Counted from the stretch's first letter, positions 47,586-56,532 are shown. The stretch is 64,000 nucleotides of DNA from a virus (IMGVR_UViG_3300028888_000102); one strand, 5' to 3'. Translations and numbers: made by a program. Notes: generated from the sequence alone by a model not told the origin.

Positions 47586-48067
47586 TATATGTCTGTTCTA
47601 ATTACACGAATAGGGTTCTTTGAAACGTAGTAGTAGGGTAAGCCGTTGGGAAATGACTTATATCCCATTGTCACGCGGATGGCCTTTTTATCATCTTCGT
47701 CAAACCCCAATTCCGTCATGACTTTCTCAACGGCTTCACTGTCGGACATAAAATCGTCCAACCTCCTGTAATGTTCGTCCCAGAACGCACCTTCCTCCTC
47801 CTCGCTTTCACCTTTCTTGTCACTGACAAGTTTCGAGAAAAACTCTTCGTCCGTATCCTGAATATACTTTGTGAACAGTCTGTTCGTCAATTCAATGGAT
47901 TTGAACTCAACGGCTTTATATTCCTGATTTAGTTTGGCCATCTCGTCATTCTTGTAATCGGAATACTCCTGTGCGGAATCAAATGACGTAAACGCCATAT
48001 CGGTGTCATATGTCACCATTTCCGAAGCACAAGAGCCTTCCATCATCTTTACCAAATAAACTTGCAT
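47585..48067 (-). CDS. acidic hypothetical protein (160 aa)
   Basis: ORF. Confidence 0.5.
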   Translation of the reverse strand: MQVYLVKMMEGSCASEMVTYDTDMAFTSFDSAQEYSDYKNDEMAKLNQEYKAVEFKSIELTNRLFTKYIQDTDEEFFSKLVSDKKGESEEEEGAFWDEHYRRLDDFMSDSEAVEKVMTELGFDEDDKKAIRVTMGYKSFPNGLPYYYVSKNPIRVIRTDI

Positions 48068-48070
48068 ATC

Positions 48071-48766
48071 TTATTTCTCCTTTTTGTTAAAATACAAAAG
48101 TGTAGGGTTGTCCTTCTTAACAGACTTATAAACCTCGTTTATGAACTCTTGGGTAATTCTTACGTCGTTAAGTGCTGACCAATACAATATGCGCTCTTTA
48201 AGTTGCGACTTATCAAACCCATGTGTAATGAAGTGTAACCCATTAAGTGTGGGAATTTCGGCCACAATGTTATTGTAAATCTCACCATGTTCGTCATTTC
48301 CACCCCTTTTTTCTGACCTGCACCTTTCAATGGCTTTACGCACGACACCCAAAACCTCTGTATCATGTGTATCAACATCTACAATATACAACTTTTTGTT
48401 TCCCTTCTTTGGGGTGATTCCACAACAATGGTCATATACACGATGTCCCTGATGTGCCCTATCCTCAATAACAAGGTCGATATAAGCCTTTGAGCATTGC
48501 ATTGCAACCTCTTTAGCATTACGCACATTCAGGTTAATGTATGCACGAGCATTATTCTGCTCACACAACATCATGATTGCTGGTTTACGTCTGTGAAAAT
48601 CCTCTAATGAACGTAAGTAATATGTTTTGATGGTACGATAACCGTTGTTAGCAGACGGGACATCATTACCATCCTTCTTACGTTGAATTATCTGACAAAA
48701 ATAGAAGTCATCTTTGTCTTCAAATTTCAACAGGTTTTCTATCAAATTAAAATTATCTACTATCAT
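48071..48766 (-). CDS. hypothetical protein (231 aa); DxD...H motifs with spacing reminiscent of archaeo-eukaryotic primase domain (weak)
   Basis: YIVDVDTHD then LNGLHFITHG about 55 aa later. Confidence 0.5.
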   Translation of the reverse strand: MIVDNFNLIENLLKFEDKDDFYFCQIIQRKKDGNDVPSANNGYRTIKTYYLRSLEDFHRRKPAIMMLCEQNNARAYINLNVRNAKEVAMQCSKAYIDLVIEDRAHQGHRVYDHCCGITPKKGNKKLYIVDVDTHDTEVLGVVRKAIERCRSEKRGGNDEHGEIYNNIVAEIPTLNGLHFITHGFDKSQLKERILYWSALNDVRITQEFINEVYKSVKKDNPTLLYFNKKEK

Positions 48767-48810
48767 AACGCCACAAAAGTAGTATTTGTTTTGGAGATGA
48801 CCAAATCTTT

Positions 48811-49692
48811 TCAGTTAATTTTTGTTAAATCAACCATTGTACAGTTTTTAGGGAACTCGGCCTTTACACTAATGAGTTCTTCTAAAGTAAAAAGAAACTT
48901 CTTACGGTTGCCATTCTTAATAACCAACTCACAAGTCCTATCTTTTCCATTAATTTCTGAGTTGTGAATTGCATACAAAGTTTTAACCTTATATTTATTA
49001 AGTGCTCTGTCATATTTGAACACCATTGAAAGCCTGTCCTTTTGAACGTGTCCCTGTTTGCTGAGGAAAAACTTCATCGGTTTAACCTGAACCGCATACT
49101 TTACGCCATCAACATATGTGAAGAAGTCAATCCCATAGTATGAATCCTGTCTGTATTCGGTTGTATTTTCACAAGTGAAACCATTCTTAACAAGTTCGTT
49201 GAAAACAGTTTCTTCGGCCATATATCCTGTATATGTCTCAGTTATAATGTGACACACCAAACAGTCAATACACTCATCGAATGTGGTGGGGAATGTTGGT
49301 ACTTCCTGAACTATCGTAAGGAAAAAATCCAATGCCGTTTCAAGTAGTTCTTGCTTGGTTAAACCTCTTTGGCTGATTTCCATGTTGCTGTGCTCTTCAG
49401 CAAATTTAAGATACTTATTAAGGAAATCTTCATCTGAAGTTGGTTTGAGTTGCCTACACAATCTGTTGCATTCGCCAATTACCTTAGCAGGTGAAAAATG
49501 GTCTTTGTAGATTGTAGCCACATCGTTATTCTTGTTAAACTTCACTTTAGCGGCGTTACTTCTTTCCATTGAATACTTGTAGCAAATCTCTGACAACATT
49601 TCCTGTCTTGTCTTTTCAAGACTGTTAGGGTTAATGTTTTTCACCATTTCTCCTAAGACACCTTTTGCTTTTCGTTTTGTTACTTCTTCCAT
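48811..49692 (-). CDS. putative PD-(D/E)xK restriction-endonuclease-like protein adjacent to MTase
   Basis: EETVFNE...YYGIDFF-x11-VQVKP; 13-nt overlap with MTase gene. Confidence 0.4.
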   Translation of the reverse strand: MEEVTKRKAKGVLGEMVKNINPNSLEKTRQEMLSEICYKYSMERSNAAKVKFNKNNDVATIYKDHFSPAKVIGECNRLCRQLKPTSDEDFLNKYLKFAEEHSNMEISQRGLTKQELLETALDFFLTIVQEVPTFPTTFDECIDCLVCHIITETYTGYMAEETVFNELVKNGFTCENTTEYRQDSYYGIDFFTYVDGVKYAVQVKPMKFFLSKQGHVQKDRLSMVFKYDRALNKYKVKTLYAIHNSEINGKDRTCELVIKNGNRKKFLFTLEELISVKAEFPKNCTMVDLTKIN

Positions 49693-50447
49693 TCTTCTCT
49701 CTTTTTATTTATGCGTTCAACCGCAATATTATAATATTTTTCTTCAATTTCAAAACCAATAAAATCCCTATTGAGATTCATGCACGCTATTGCGGTAGTC
49801 CCGCTGCCCATACAATTGTCGAGTACCAAATCACCCTCATTGGTGTATGTCTTAATAAGGTACTCAACACATGTAACAGGTTTTTGTGTCGGGTGTAAAC
49901 CAACCTCAGTATTGAATTTCTGCCATGATGAAGGAACTCTCAATTCGGGCAACTTATTTTCCTTTCTTCCTTCAAAGTCTCTGTAATTAGTGGATTGACT
50001 TTCAAACTTGACATTATATTTAACCCTTTCTGCACCACCGCCTGTTCGTGGCTGCATCTGTTTATTATATGTCCATTTACCCTTTGAAAAACACAATATA
50101 TGTTCATGCTCTTTCATCGGTTCTCGTACGGTATTAGCAAAGTTGCTCCCCCTATTTTTAATCCAAATCCACTCATGCCTGAACATTTTGGTATTAGACA
50201 TAACCAACGCTGAAGAAAACGGCTGACTACCAAACAAACATATCATAGCATTATCCTTACACACCCTATCATATTCTTGCCAAAGTCTATCAAATGGTAT
50301 CATAATATCCCATTTGTTACTTGTAATCTGATAGGGCAAATCACAAATAACACAGTCCACAGACTTGTCAGGTATGTCTTTCATCAATTCAAGGCAATCA
50401 CCAAGATATATGTGGTTTCTTTCTAACACCATCAAAATGCCCCCCAA
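49680..50447 (-). CDS. PF01555-type N6-adenine/N4-cytosine DNA methyltransferase; likely start MVLERNHIY (50432)
   Basis: IYLGDCLELMKDIPDKSVDCVICDLPY, HPTQKP, LDNCMGSGTT. Confidence 0.8.
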   Translation of the reverse strand: MGGILMVLERNHIYLGDCLELMKDIPDKSVDCVICDLPYQITSNKWDIMIPFDRLWQEYDRVCKDNAMICLFGSQPFSSALVMSNTKMFRHEWIWIKNRGSNFANTVREPMKEHEHILCFSKGKWTYNKQMQPRTGGGAERVKYNVKFESQSTNYRDFEGRKENKLPELRVPSSWQKFNTEVGLHPTQKPVTCVEYLIKTYTNEGDLVLDNCMGSGTTAIACMNLNRDFIGFEIEEKYYNIAVERINKKREEWKK

Positions 50448-51235
50448 TTAAATTCACGTTTTTTACCAATATTGTTTTCAACAAAACCATATAACAAGTC
50501 TATGATTTGACCATCAGTCATAAAATCAAAGTACTTAACTTTTTTCTTCTGTGATTTCTTAAACACAAGGAAATAAGAATGGAATGACCTTGCATGTTGC
50601 TGCTTATGAACCTTACCACTTATAAGTCGGTTCTTAGCAATCAAGATAAATTCGTCAAGACTGTCAAAGCCACAACTTTCTGCAATAAGTCTACTGTAAT
50701 AAGGTGTATTAAGCATCTTTGACCCTGTAATCGTCGCTTGTGTCTTAAATACCAATACGCCATCATCCTTCAAAACCCTATATGCCACTTCAATCCAATG
50801 CTTATAACTTTCAAGTAATTGAGCAACAGGATAATAACAAGCAAAGCGTCTTGAAATTAAGTTGTTTTTAACCCTTTTTCCGTTTTCGTCATAATCAGGC
50901 CCGGCCATGCTTGGGCCACAAGAAATCACAAACGGAAGGTCGATACAAATGCTTTCAATTGATTTATCTTCAAGTGGTAATGTACCAAGTGGTTCTATCT
51001 TTACAACATCTTCAGACTGTGGACATACGTCAAACTTGTATTTAGGTTCAGGTATCTCTATATCAATGATATCACCATTGTCTTTTGTTATTTTGAACTT
51101 ACCATAAAAATTGCCAATTGAATAAGTCATGTCACAATCAAACGGTTTTCCGTTAGTGTGTAATTGCATGATATTATATAGTATTTCGTGTTGATTATAA
51201 CTTACACTCTTAATTGTTTCGTTTACACTTGCCAT
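50432..51235 (-). CDS. degenerate methyltransferase-like protein (DLPF motif, no clear FxGxG)
   Basis: SICIDLPFV followed by RVLKDDGVLVF; AdoMet motif I not recognisable. Confidence 0.4.
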   Translation of the reverse strand: MASVNETIKSVSYNQHEILYNIMQLHTNGKPFDCDMTYSIGNFYGKFKITKDNGDIIDIEIPEPKYKFDVCPQSEDVVKIEPLGTLPLEDKSIESICIDLPFVISCGPSMAGPDYDENGKRVKNNLISRRFACYYPVAQLLESYKHWIEVAYRVLKDDGVLVFKTQATITGSKMLNTPYYSRLIAESCGFDSLDEFILIAKNRLISGKVHKQQHARSFHSYFLVFKKSQKKKVKYFDFMTDGQIIDLLYGFVENNIGKKREFNWGAF

Positions 51236-51239
51236 AAAA

Positions 51240-52046
51240 TCAATAATTTAGCCACAAAGTTTCTGTTTTCTTCTTTGGTACTCTTGTTCCTGTGATTGTA
51301 TTAACTTCAAAATTAATTTTTTTAAAGCCGTTATCAGTCAATCTGTTGTACAGGTCATTATCATAACCGCTAATTAGAAGTTTCGCCTTGCTGTTTAAAC
51401 ATTTTTCAACAAATTTCTCTTGTTGTTCATCCGTCATATCAACAGCATAGCGTTCGGCAGATGACCTTGTAGACAATACATAAGGAGGGTCTAGATACAT
51501 AAAAACGTTATCTTGGTTGAACTTATCCATAATCTCAATGGCATCACGGTTGAATATCGTTACTCTGCTTAACCTGTCATGTACCTCTTGAAGTCGGTCA
51601 ACCGTACTAAGATAATCGCTGACAGATTTAGCCATGCCTCTACGGATTACCCTGTTCACGGAAAAACCACCAATACCGTTATGACTTGTCCTATTTACGT
51701 AGAAGAACTTAAATGCACGTTCAATATCATCCATGTTATCATTTTTCAAATCTTCTTTATATTGCGACCTCATTTCCTCGCAATAGTATGTAAGGTCGCA
51801 AAGACGCTTAAACTGTTTGAACTTTTCTTCGTCCGCAAGAACCTTGAACAATGAATATACATTACTATACAAGTCATTATATATTTCAATAGGTGCTATC
51901 TGTTCCTCTGGCGTGTGGAAGCCAACAGCAAAAGACCCCCCAAACGGTTCAACATACACATTATACGTGCCTTTCTCAGGGAAATGTTCCAAAATATTCT
52001 TGAACATTCCATTCTTTCCACCAAAATATTTTACTATACTGTTCAT
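51240..52046 (-). CDS. Dam-family (D12 class) N6-adenine DNA methyltransferase (start MNSIVKYFGGK)
   Basis: KYFGGKN, EPFGGSFAV, LDPPYVL; track 5' extension to 52127 judged spurious. Confidence 0.8.
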   Translation of the reverse strand: MNSIVKYFGGKNGMFKNILEHFPEKGTYNVYVEPFGGSFAVGFHTPEEQIAPIEIYNDLYSNVYSLFKVLADEEKFKQFKRLCDLTYYCEEMRSQYKEDLKNDNMDDIERAFKFFYVNRTSHNGIGGFSVNRVIRRGMAKSVSDYLSTVDRLQEVHDRLSRVTIFNRDAIEIMDKFNQDNVFMYLDPPYVLSTRSSAERYAVDMTDEQQEKFVEKCLNSKAKLLISGYDNDLYNRLTDNGFKKINFEVNTITGTRVPKKKTETLWLNY

Positions 52047-52047
52047 T

Positions 52048-52317
52048 TTACTTGTTATTAAGGATAACGTCTGTATCAGGGTCAAGGAACTCAAAACTAT
52101 TTTCATCAAACTCGCCATAAAAGCCAAGGGTTATCCCATCTATTTTACCTTTGCAGTCAACCACCATGCCCAGGTCCTTTTCATTGAACATGACCACGTA
52201 ATAAACTTCGTCTGAGATGTATTTCACACCCAAAAACGGATAAATGCTATTCTCTTCCATATTAATAAATTGGATTACACAACGCGGGTAATGCACAATT
52301 GCAAAAACCTGATGCAT
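52048..52317 (-). CDS. hypothetical protein (89 aa)
   Basis: ORF. Confidence 0.45.
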   Translation of the reverse strand: MHQVFAIVHYPRCVIQFINMEENSIYPFLGVKYISDEVYYVVMFNEKDLGMVVDCKGKIDGITLGFYGEFDENSFEFLDPDTDVILNNK

Positions 52318-52447
52318 GCGGATTATTTAAAGGATTATTCGTACAATTTTCACATGGGTTAACATATTGTTTGCCCCAGTTATCCCATGTCCAAGGTGTT
52401 AAAGGGCTGTCATCTATTTCTTCAATTGTTATAATCGTTTTCTTCAT
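52262..52447 (-). CDS. small Cys-rich protein (61 aa)
   Basis: CENCTNNPLNNPHASGFCNCALPALC. Confidence 0.35.
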   Translation of the reverse strand: MKKTIITIEEIDDSPLTPWTWDNWGKQYVNPCENCTNNPLNNPHASGFCNCALPALCNPIY

Positions 52448-53021
52448 ATTGATTTTGTGCTACTTCATTATTTTCTATTATATAATTAACAGCATCAATT
52501 AATGAGTTAAACCTGCGAAAACTGATACAATCCCTATTATATGGTGCATCAATGATTAGTCTATTTTGTTTCGGTGTTTCCTCATAATTGTTCTCAAGAA
52601 ACTCAGGATTGTCATCAATCATAAAATCTGATTTTATAAGCCATTTACTTTCAGTGAAACAGATATCATCGTAAGCAATTCCATAATATTTAAGGAAACT
52701 TAATGTATAGATTTTGCTTGCTTCTGATGGCTGCTTTGTTACAATGACAACCTTGTAGCCATGACCTTTCAGTTTGTCAATTGCTTCTTTTGCACCATTC
52801 AATAATGGGGCACATAAGAAACCTACATCTTCAGCATGATTATTGAAGAAGTAGTCATGTGCTTCTAATCCTGTCATTTCCTTAATCAACGGAAAAGATA
52901 CACTGACCCGATAATCTGTCACGTCTTCGCATTTTATGGTTGGGTCAAACTTGAAATAGAGTTTACATAAAGCATCAAGCATGTCCCTTATTACACCATC
53001 TACATCAATCTTTATTATCAT
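52422..53021 (-). CDS. HAD-superfamily 5'(3')-deoxyribonucleotidase-like phosphatase
   Basis: N-terminal KIDVDGVIRDM (DxDGV motif), VVIVTKQP. Confidence 0.55.
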   Translation of the reverse strand: MIIKIDVDGVIRDMLDALCKLYFKFDPTIKCEDVTDYRVSVSFPLIKEMTGLEAHDYFFNNHAEDVGFLCAPLLNGAKEAIDKLKGHGYKVVIVTKQPSEASKIYTLSFLKYYGIAYDDICFTESKWLIKSDFMIDDNPEFLENNYEETPKQNRLIIDAPYNRDCISFRRFNSLIDAVNYIIENNEVAQNQYEENDYNN

Positions 53022-53025
53022 CCAT

Positions 53026-54237
53026 CTACTTGTTTAAAGAATTAATTTCATTTGTACTTAACACAACAAGTTCTTGTTTTCCGATGAAAGAAGAAAGATT
53101 AGTCGCATTACAATATGACATTGCAGATTTAATACTTCCTGTCATGATATTAACCCACTTAGGTAACGTAAAGTTCACTTTGAGTATCTTCGTTGTTCCT
53201 TCTGAAACTTTTGTCTTATCGCCATTAATAGACCTTTGACCATTACCTGAAGCCATACCAAAGAAAGTAACATCAATATCAATTAGGTGTTTTGTTCCGT
53301 CTTTATGTGTGGCTACCCATGCGTCAGCATCATTGTCATAATCAAAGTCCACATAATCTTCAATTTCAGAGGAAGGAAGTTCCAAAAAGTTCCATCCTGT
53401 AATAGTTTTTTTGCCGGCTGATTCAATCATTCTTGAGAAAATAGAACCAATCATTACATAATGTGCGCCAAGTGCTAATGCTTTAACAACATCGCCAAAA
53501 CCCTTAATTCCACCATCGGCAATAATTTTGGGGCAACAATGACCTTCGTACTTCCTATAGATTGTATTACACTCGTCTATCAAAGAAGCCTGTCCATTAT
53601 GAACTCCTGTTTGAGGCGTTGTAGTACATCCGTCACCACCGCCTATTCCTACACGAATATAGTCTATAACTAACGTATGTTGATTATACTTGACAAAGAA
53701 ACCTGAGTTTAATCTTCTTATCCAATCATATGTCTTGGGATTATTGATGTTGCCTGTCATAATTGTCAAGTCATATCCTCGTTGCAATGAAAGTCGTTTA
53801 GCCTTTTTACATGAATCATACAGGTCTGCCATGTGCCCATTAGCAATATCAACACACACCTTCAATACATTATTCTTTAAGGCTACATCAAATTCTGTTT
53901 CATTACAAAACAGTTTTTCAAATTCATTCTTACCAAATGCAACCCATTTTTTTTCTGTTAAAGTCGCGTTTTCAGTTAAAAGTTCAAAGCGTTTTTCAAA
54001 CGGAATGTTTCTTGGAATAACAGCGTAAATTCCATTATTGTCGAACTCATCATAATTTACATCTGATACCACTGATGCCATAGGTGATGCAATAATAGGA
54101 AGATGTTGTTTATCGTCTAATAGTTCCTGAAGTGATTCAACGTAGGGATTGCACTCTGAACGTGACTTGATGTATGATATTTCAGCACCTAAAATACCAA
54201 GGTCTTTATAACCATATGTAAGTTCTTTTTTAATCAT
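53026..54237 (-). CDS. IMPDH/GMP reductase family TIM-barrel enzyme
   Basis: VCVDIANGH, GIGGGDGCTT catalytic-Cys loop, IADGGIKGFGDVVKALALGAHYVMIGS. Confidence 0.65.
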   Translation of the reverse strand: MIKKELTYGYKDLGILGAEISYIKSRSECNPYVESLQELLDDKQHLPIIASPMASVVSDVNYDEFDNNGIYAVIPRNIPFEKRFELLTENATLTEKKWVAFGKNEFEKLFCNETEFDVALKNNVLKVCVDIANGHMADLYDSCKKAKRLSLQRGYDLTIMTGNINNPKTYDWIRRLNSGFFVKYNQHTLVIDYIRVGIGGGDGCTTTPQTGVHNGQASLIDECNTIYRKYEGHCCPKIIADGGIKGFGDVVKALALGAHYVMIGSIFSRMIESAGKKTITGWNFLELPSSEIEDYVDFDYDNDADAWVATHKDGTKHLIDIDVTFFGMASGNGQRSINGDKTKVSEGTTKILKVNFTLPKWVNIMTGSIKSAMSYCNATNLSSFIGKQELVVLSTNEINSLNK

Positions 54238-54427
54238 TTTTCAAAAAATTTTCATTAAACTTATTAATAAATTCTCTGCTTCCTATTGGTGTCCAGCTGA
54301 CTATATCTTCACAGTCAATGACTTCTAATATCTTTTCACCAAGTTCATCAATACCACAAAAGATATATTCATTATCATCATCAACATGTCCACCATAGGT
54401 TTCCGCAATCTCAACTAAAAACTTCAT
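54230..54427 (-). CDS. hypothetical protein (65 aa)
   Basis: ORF. Confidence 0.4.
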   Translation of the reverse strand: MKFLVEIAETYGGHVDDDNEYIFCGIDELGEKILEVIDCEDIVSWTPIGSREFINKFNENFLKND

Positions 54428-54603
54428 ATCTTCGTATTAAATTTTTCCAAAAGTGCTGCAAGTTCAGATTCCGTTGCTTCTCTTTCGTCTTTTATTTCTG
54501 TCTTTGGGATAAATTTGCCTACCCTTTCTCTAAGACAGAAAGGGCACTCAACACCCCTGTAATAGAATGAATGTTTTCTACAAAATTTTTTACGTTGTGC
54601 CAT
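54424..54603 (-). CDS. candidate zinc-ribbon small protein (59 aa)
   Basis: rc ATG 54603; CRKHSFYYRGVECPFC; stop overlaps next ATG (ATGA). Confidence 0.3.
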   Translation of the reverse strand: MAQRKKFCRKHSFYYRGVECPFCLRERVGKFIPKTEIKDEREATESELAALLEKFNTKI

Positions 54604-54793
54604 GTTGCATCAATTGATTTTGTGTAGAAATCTTATCCGAAAGTAATTTAATTGCATCAGTAAGGTCGCGCAACACTTTGTTGGTGTCGTTATTATTCTT
54701 CGTGATGCTACTCTTCATGTCATTAATTGAAGAAACAAGTTTATCTACACTTTTGTTTAATTGTTTTAATTCTGCACTATTTGTATCTGCCAT
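54590..54793 (-). CDS. hypothetical coiled-coil protein (67 aa)
   Basis: promoter motif upstream. Confidence 0.45.
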   Translation of the reverse strand: MADTNSAELKQLNKSVDKLVSSINDMKSSITKNNNDTNKVLRDLTDAIKLLSDKISTQNQLMQHGTT

Positions 54794-54811
54794 AATATTA
54801 TTTTTTTTTCT

Positions 54812-54827
54812 TTACAAATATACTACA
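54812..54827 (-). promoter_or_regulatory. promoter motif TTACAAATATACTACA
   Basis: 19 nt upstream of ATG 54793. Confidence 0.55.
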
Positions 54828-54849
54828 GAAAAGCGTAAAACACAAGAAA

Positions 54850-55242
54850 TTATACGTTTTTTTCTTTTTTTAACTTTTCAATCTTTTCTTTCATTGAACG
54901 TTGTATCAATTTCTTTGCAATTATATCACCATGGCATCTTTCATCGAGTGAGCAGTAACAACCAATATATATTGTGTCATACTTCTTGTATGCTTCGTAC
55001 ATCCTTTCCCATTCCTGCCTAAATACATCACCAAATTCGGTTTCATCAACTAACATTCTATCAAAGTATTCAGAATATAAGTCAATTGCTTCATCTCTTG
55101 TTTTAACCTTTACACTTGCCAATGTCTTTTTGTCTCTAATATGGGTATACGGATTGCCCAATATGTTTGGTCTTGAGATGTCAAACGCATTATCACCAGA
55201 ATGCTCCTCGGTTAATTTGCAATATCTTATAATCTTTGACAT
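54850..55242 (-). CDS. DUF4326-like protein (start MSKIIRY at 55242)
   Basis: FDISRPNILGNPY resembles DUF4326 SRPS.WGNPF signature. Confidence 0.45.
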   Translation of the reverse strand: MSKIIRYCKLTEEHSGDNAFDISRPNILGNPYTHIRDKKTLASVKVKTRDEAIDLYSEYFDRMLVDETEFGDVFRQEWERMYEAYKKYDTIYIGCYCSLDERCHGDIIAKKLIQRSMKEKIEKLKKEKNV

Positions 55243-55327
55243 ATTATTAAATATCAAGCCCGATACGTCTCTAAACAATACCGGGCTTAACACAATTACA
55301 CGTTTAAATTATTTTACACACACAACA

Positions 55328-56389
55328 TTACTTCACAATCTGAATGCGCACAATTCTCTGAGAGTCTTCACCAGTTGCACCAAGTCCCTTTGAAGTGAGT
55401 ACATTCACTCCACGTTTCAATAGATACTGGCTTGCTGCATCGGCACGTTCCTGTGCTAACTCATCATTTTTTGCATTTGTACCCTCAGGACTTGCTGTTC
55501 CAACAACTTCAACCTTAGTTCCCTTTGGAATTGTATTGAGAATGTCTTTAGCGGTATTTGTGAGTTTTGATGAACCCTTTGCAAAACCAATTGTAATTAC
55601 ACCACTATTCTGTACAACAGGAACTTCAACAATCTTCTCGATGATTTTCTCTGTCTCAACAATCTTCACCTCAGGTTCGCGTGACCTTAATTCGTTGATT
55701 TCATCATTGAGTGCATCTACATCATACTCAACAAAATAATGCTCACCGTTAGATGTCTTGAAATGATAGGTATAACCAACGTTAAGACCGAATTGCGCAT
55801 AGTTCTTATTAAATTGGATTTGACGTGGTGCTGAACCAAGATTCCATAGCACATAAGGTTCAACATACAATGAATGTGCTCTCTTATTGCCAAGATTAAA
55901 ATTCAGGTCAACTCCTGTTTTTGAACTCAGGTCATTAGAGGTGTATCCATGAATTTCATCCTTGCTAAACGTGTGCCACCATCCAGCACCTACAACACCG
56001 ATAACTTCAAATACGCGTGGTTTTCCGTTATACCCACCAAATAAATTACTGAAATTAACAGTACCATTAACGCCTAAATTGGTTCCACGGACTACAAGGT
56101 GTCTTTCACCGTCAAAACGGAAAATTGTCTTACCGATATCGGTATGGCTACCAAGCCAAGCAGTTCCCTCAATATTCATACCGAATACAGGAGTAAATTC
56201 CTTTCCAACGCGCAATCCTACTGTTGGGTTAAGTGGAGTAATCTTGTCAAAAGACAAAGGTGTTGTAACACCACCATTAATACCAAAATACCAATTGTCC
56301 CAGAACTTTTGCTCGACGAGAGCCTTCTGAGCGTTCATGCTTACCGTGGCCATAATTGCCACCATTAAAAAACATAAAATCTTCTTCAT
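55328..56389 (-). CDS. OmpA-family outer-membrane protein (signal peptide, beta-rich N-domain, C-terminal OmpA-like domain)
   Basis: MKKILCFLMVAIMATVSMNAQ; C-terminus ITIGFAKGSSKL...VEVVGTASPEGTNAKNDELAQERADAASQYLLKRGV. Confidence 0.6.
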   Translation of the reverse strand: MKKILCFLMVAIMATVSMNAQKALVEQKFWDNWYFGINGGVTTPLSFDKITPLNPTVGLRVGKEFTPVFGMNIEGTAWLGSHTDIGKTIFRFDGERHLVVRGTNLGVNGTVNFSNLFGGYNGKPRVFEVIGVVGAGWWHTFSKDEIHGYTSNDLSSKTGVDLNFNLGNKRAHSLYVEPYVLWNLGSAPRQIQFNKNYAQFGLNVGYTYHFKTSNGEHYFVEYDVDALNDEINELRSREPEVKIVETEKIIEKIVEVPVVQNSGVITIGFAKGSSKLTNTAKDILNTIPKGTKVEVVGTASPEGTNAKNDELAQERADAASQYLLKRGVNVLTSKGLGATGEDSQRIVRIQIVK

Positions 56390-56438
56390 AGATAAATTTT
56401 TAATTTTATTGAAATGTTTATAACTTTTCTCTAAAACG

Positions 56439-56454
56439 TTGCAAATATACTACA
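56439..56454 (-). promoter_or_regulatory. conserved promoter motif TTGCAAATATACTACA
   Basis: upstream of OmpA-like gene. Confidence 0.6.
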
Positions 56455-56532
56455 CGATTTCTTAAAAACAAAATAAAAAACCCAAAAAATCACTTTCAAT
56501 GCGATATTTATTATAAAAAGATATATCTTACT

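Noticed and set aside
1263-56454. Recurring 16-mer TTGCAAATATACTACA considered as CRISPR-like or other tandem repeat array
   Set aside because: Copies are hundreds to thousands of bp apart, each immediately upstream of a start codon, and contain the Bacteroidetes -7 promoter element. This is promoter behaviour, not CRISPR architecture.
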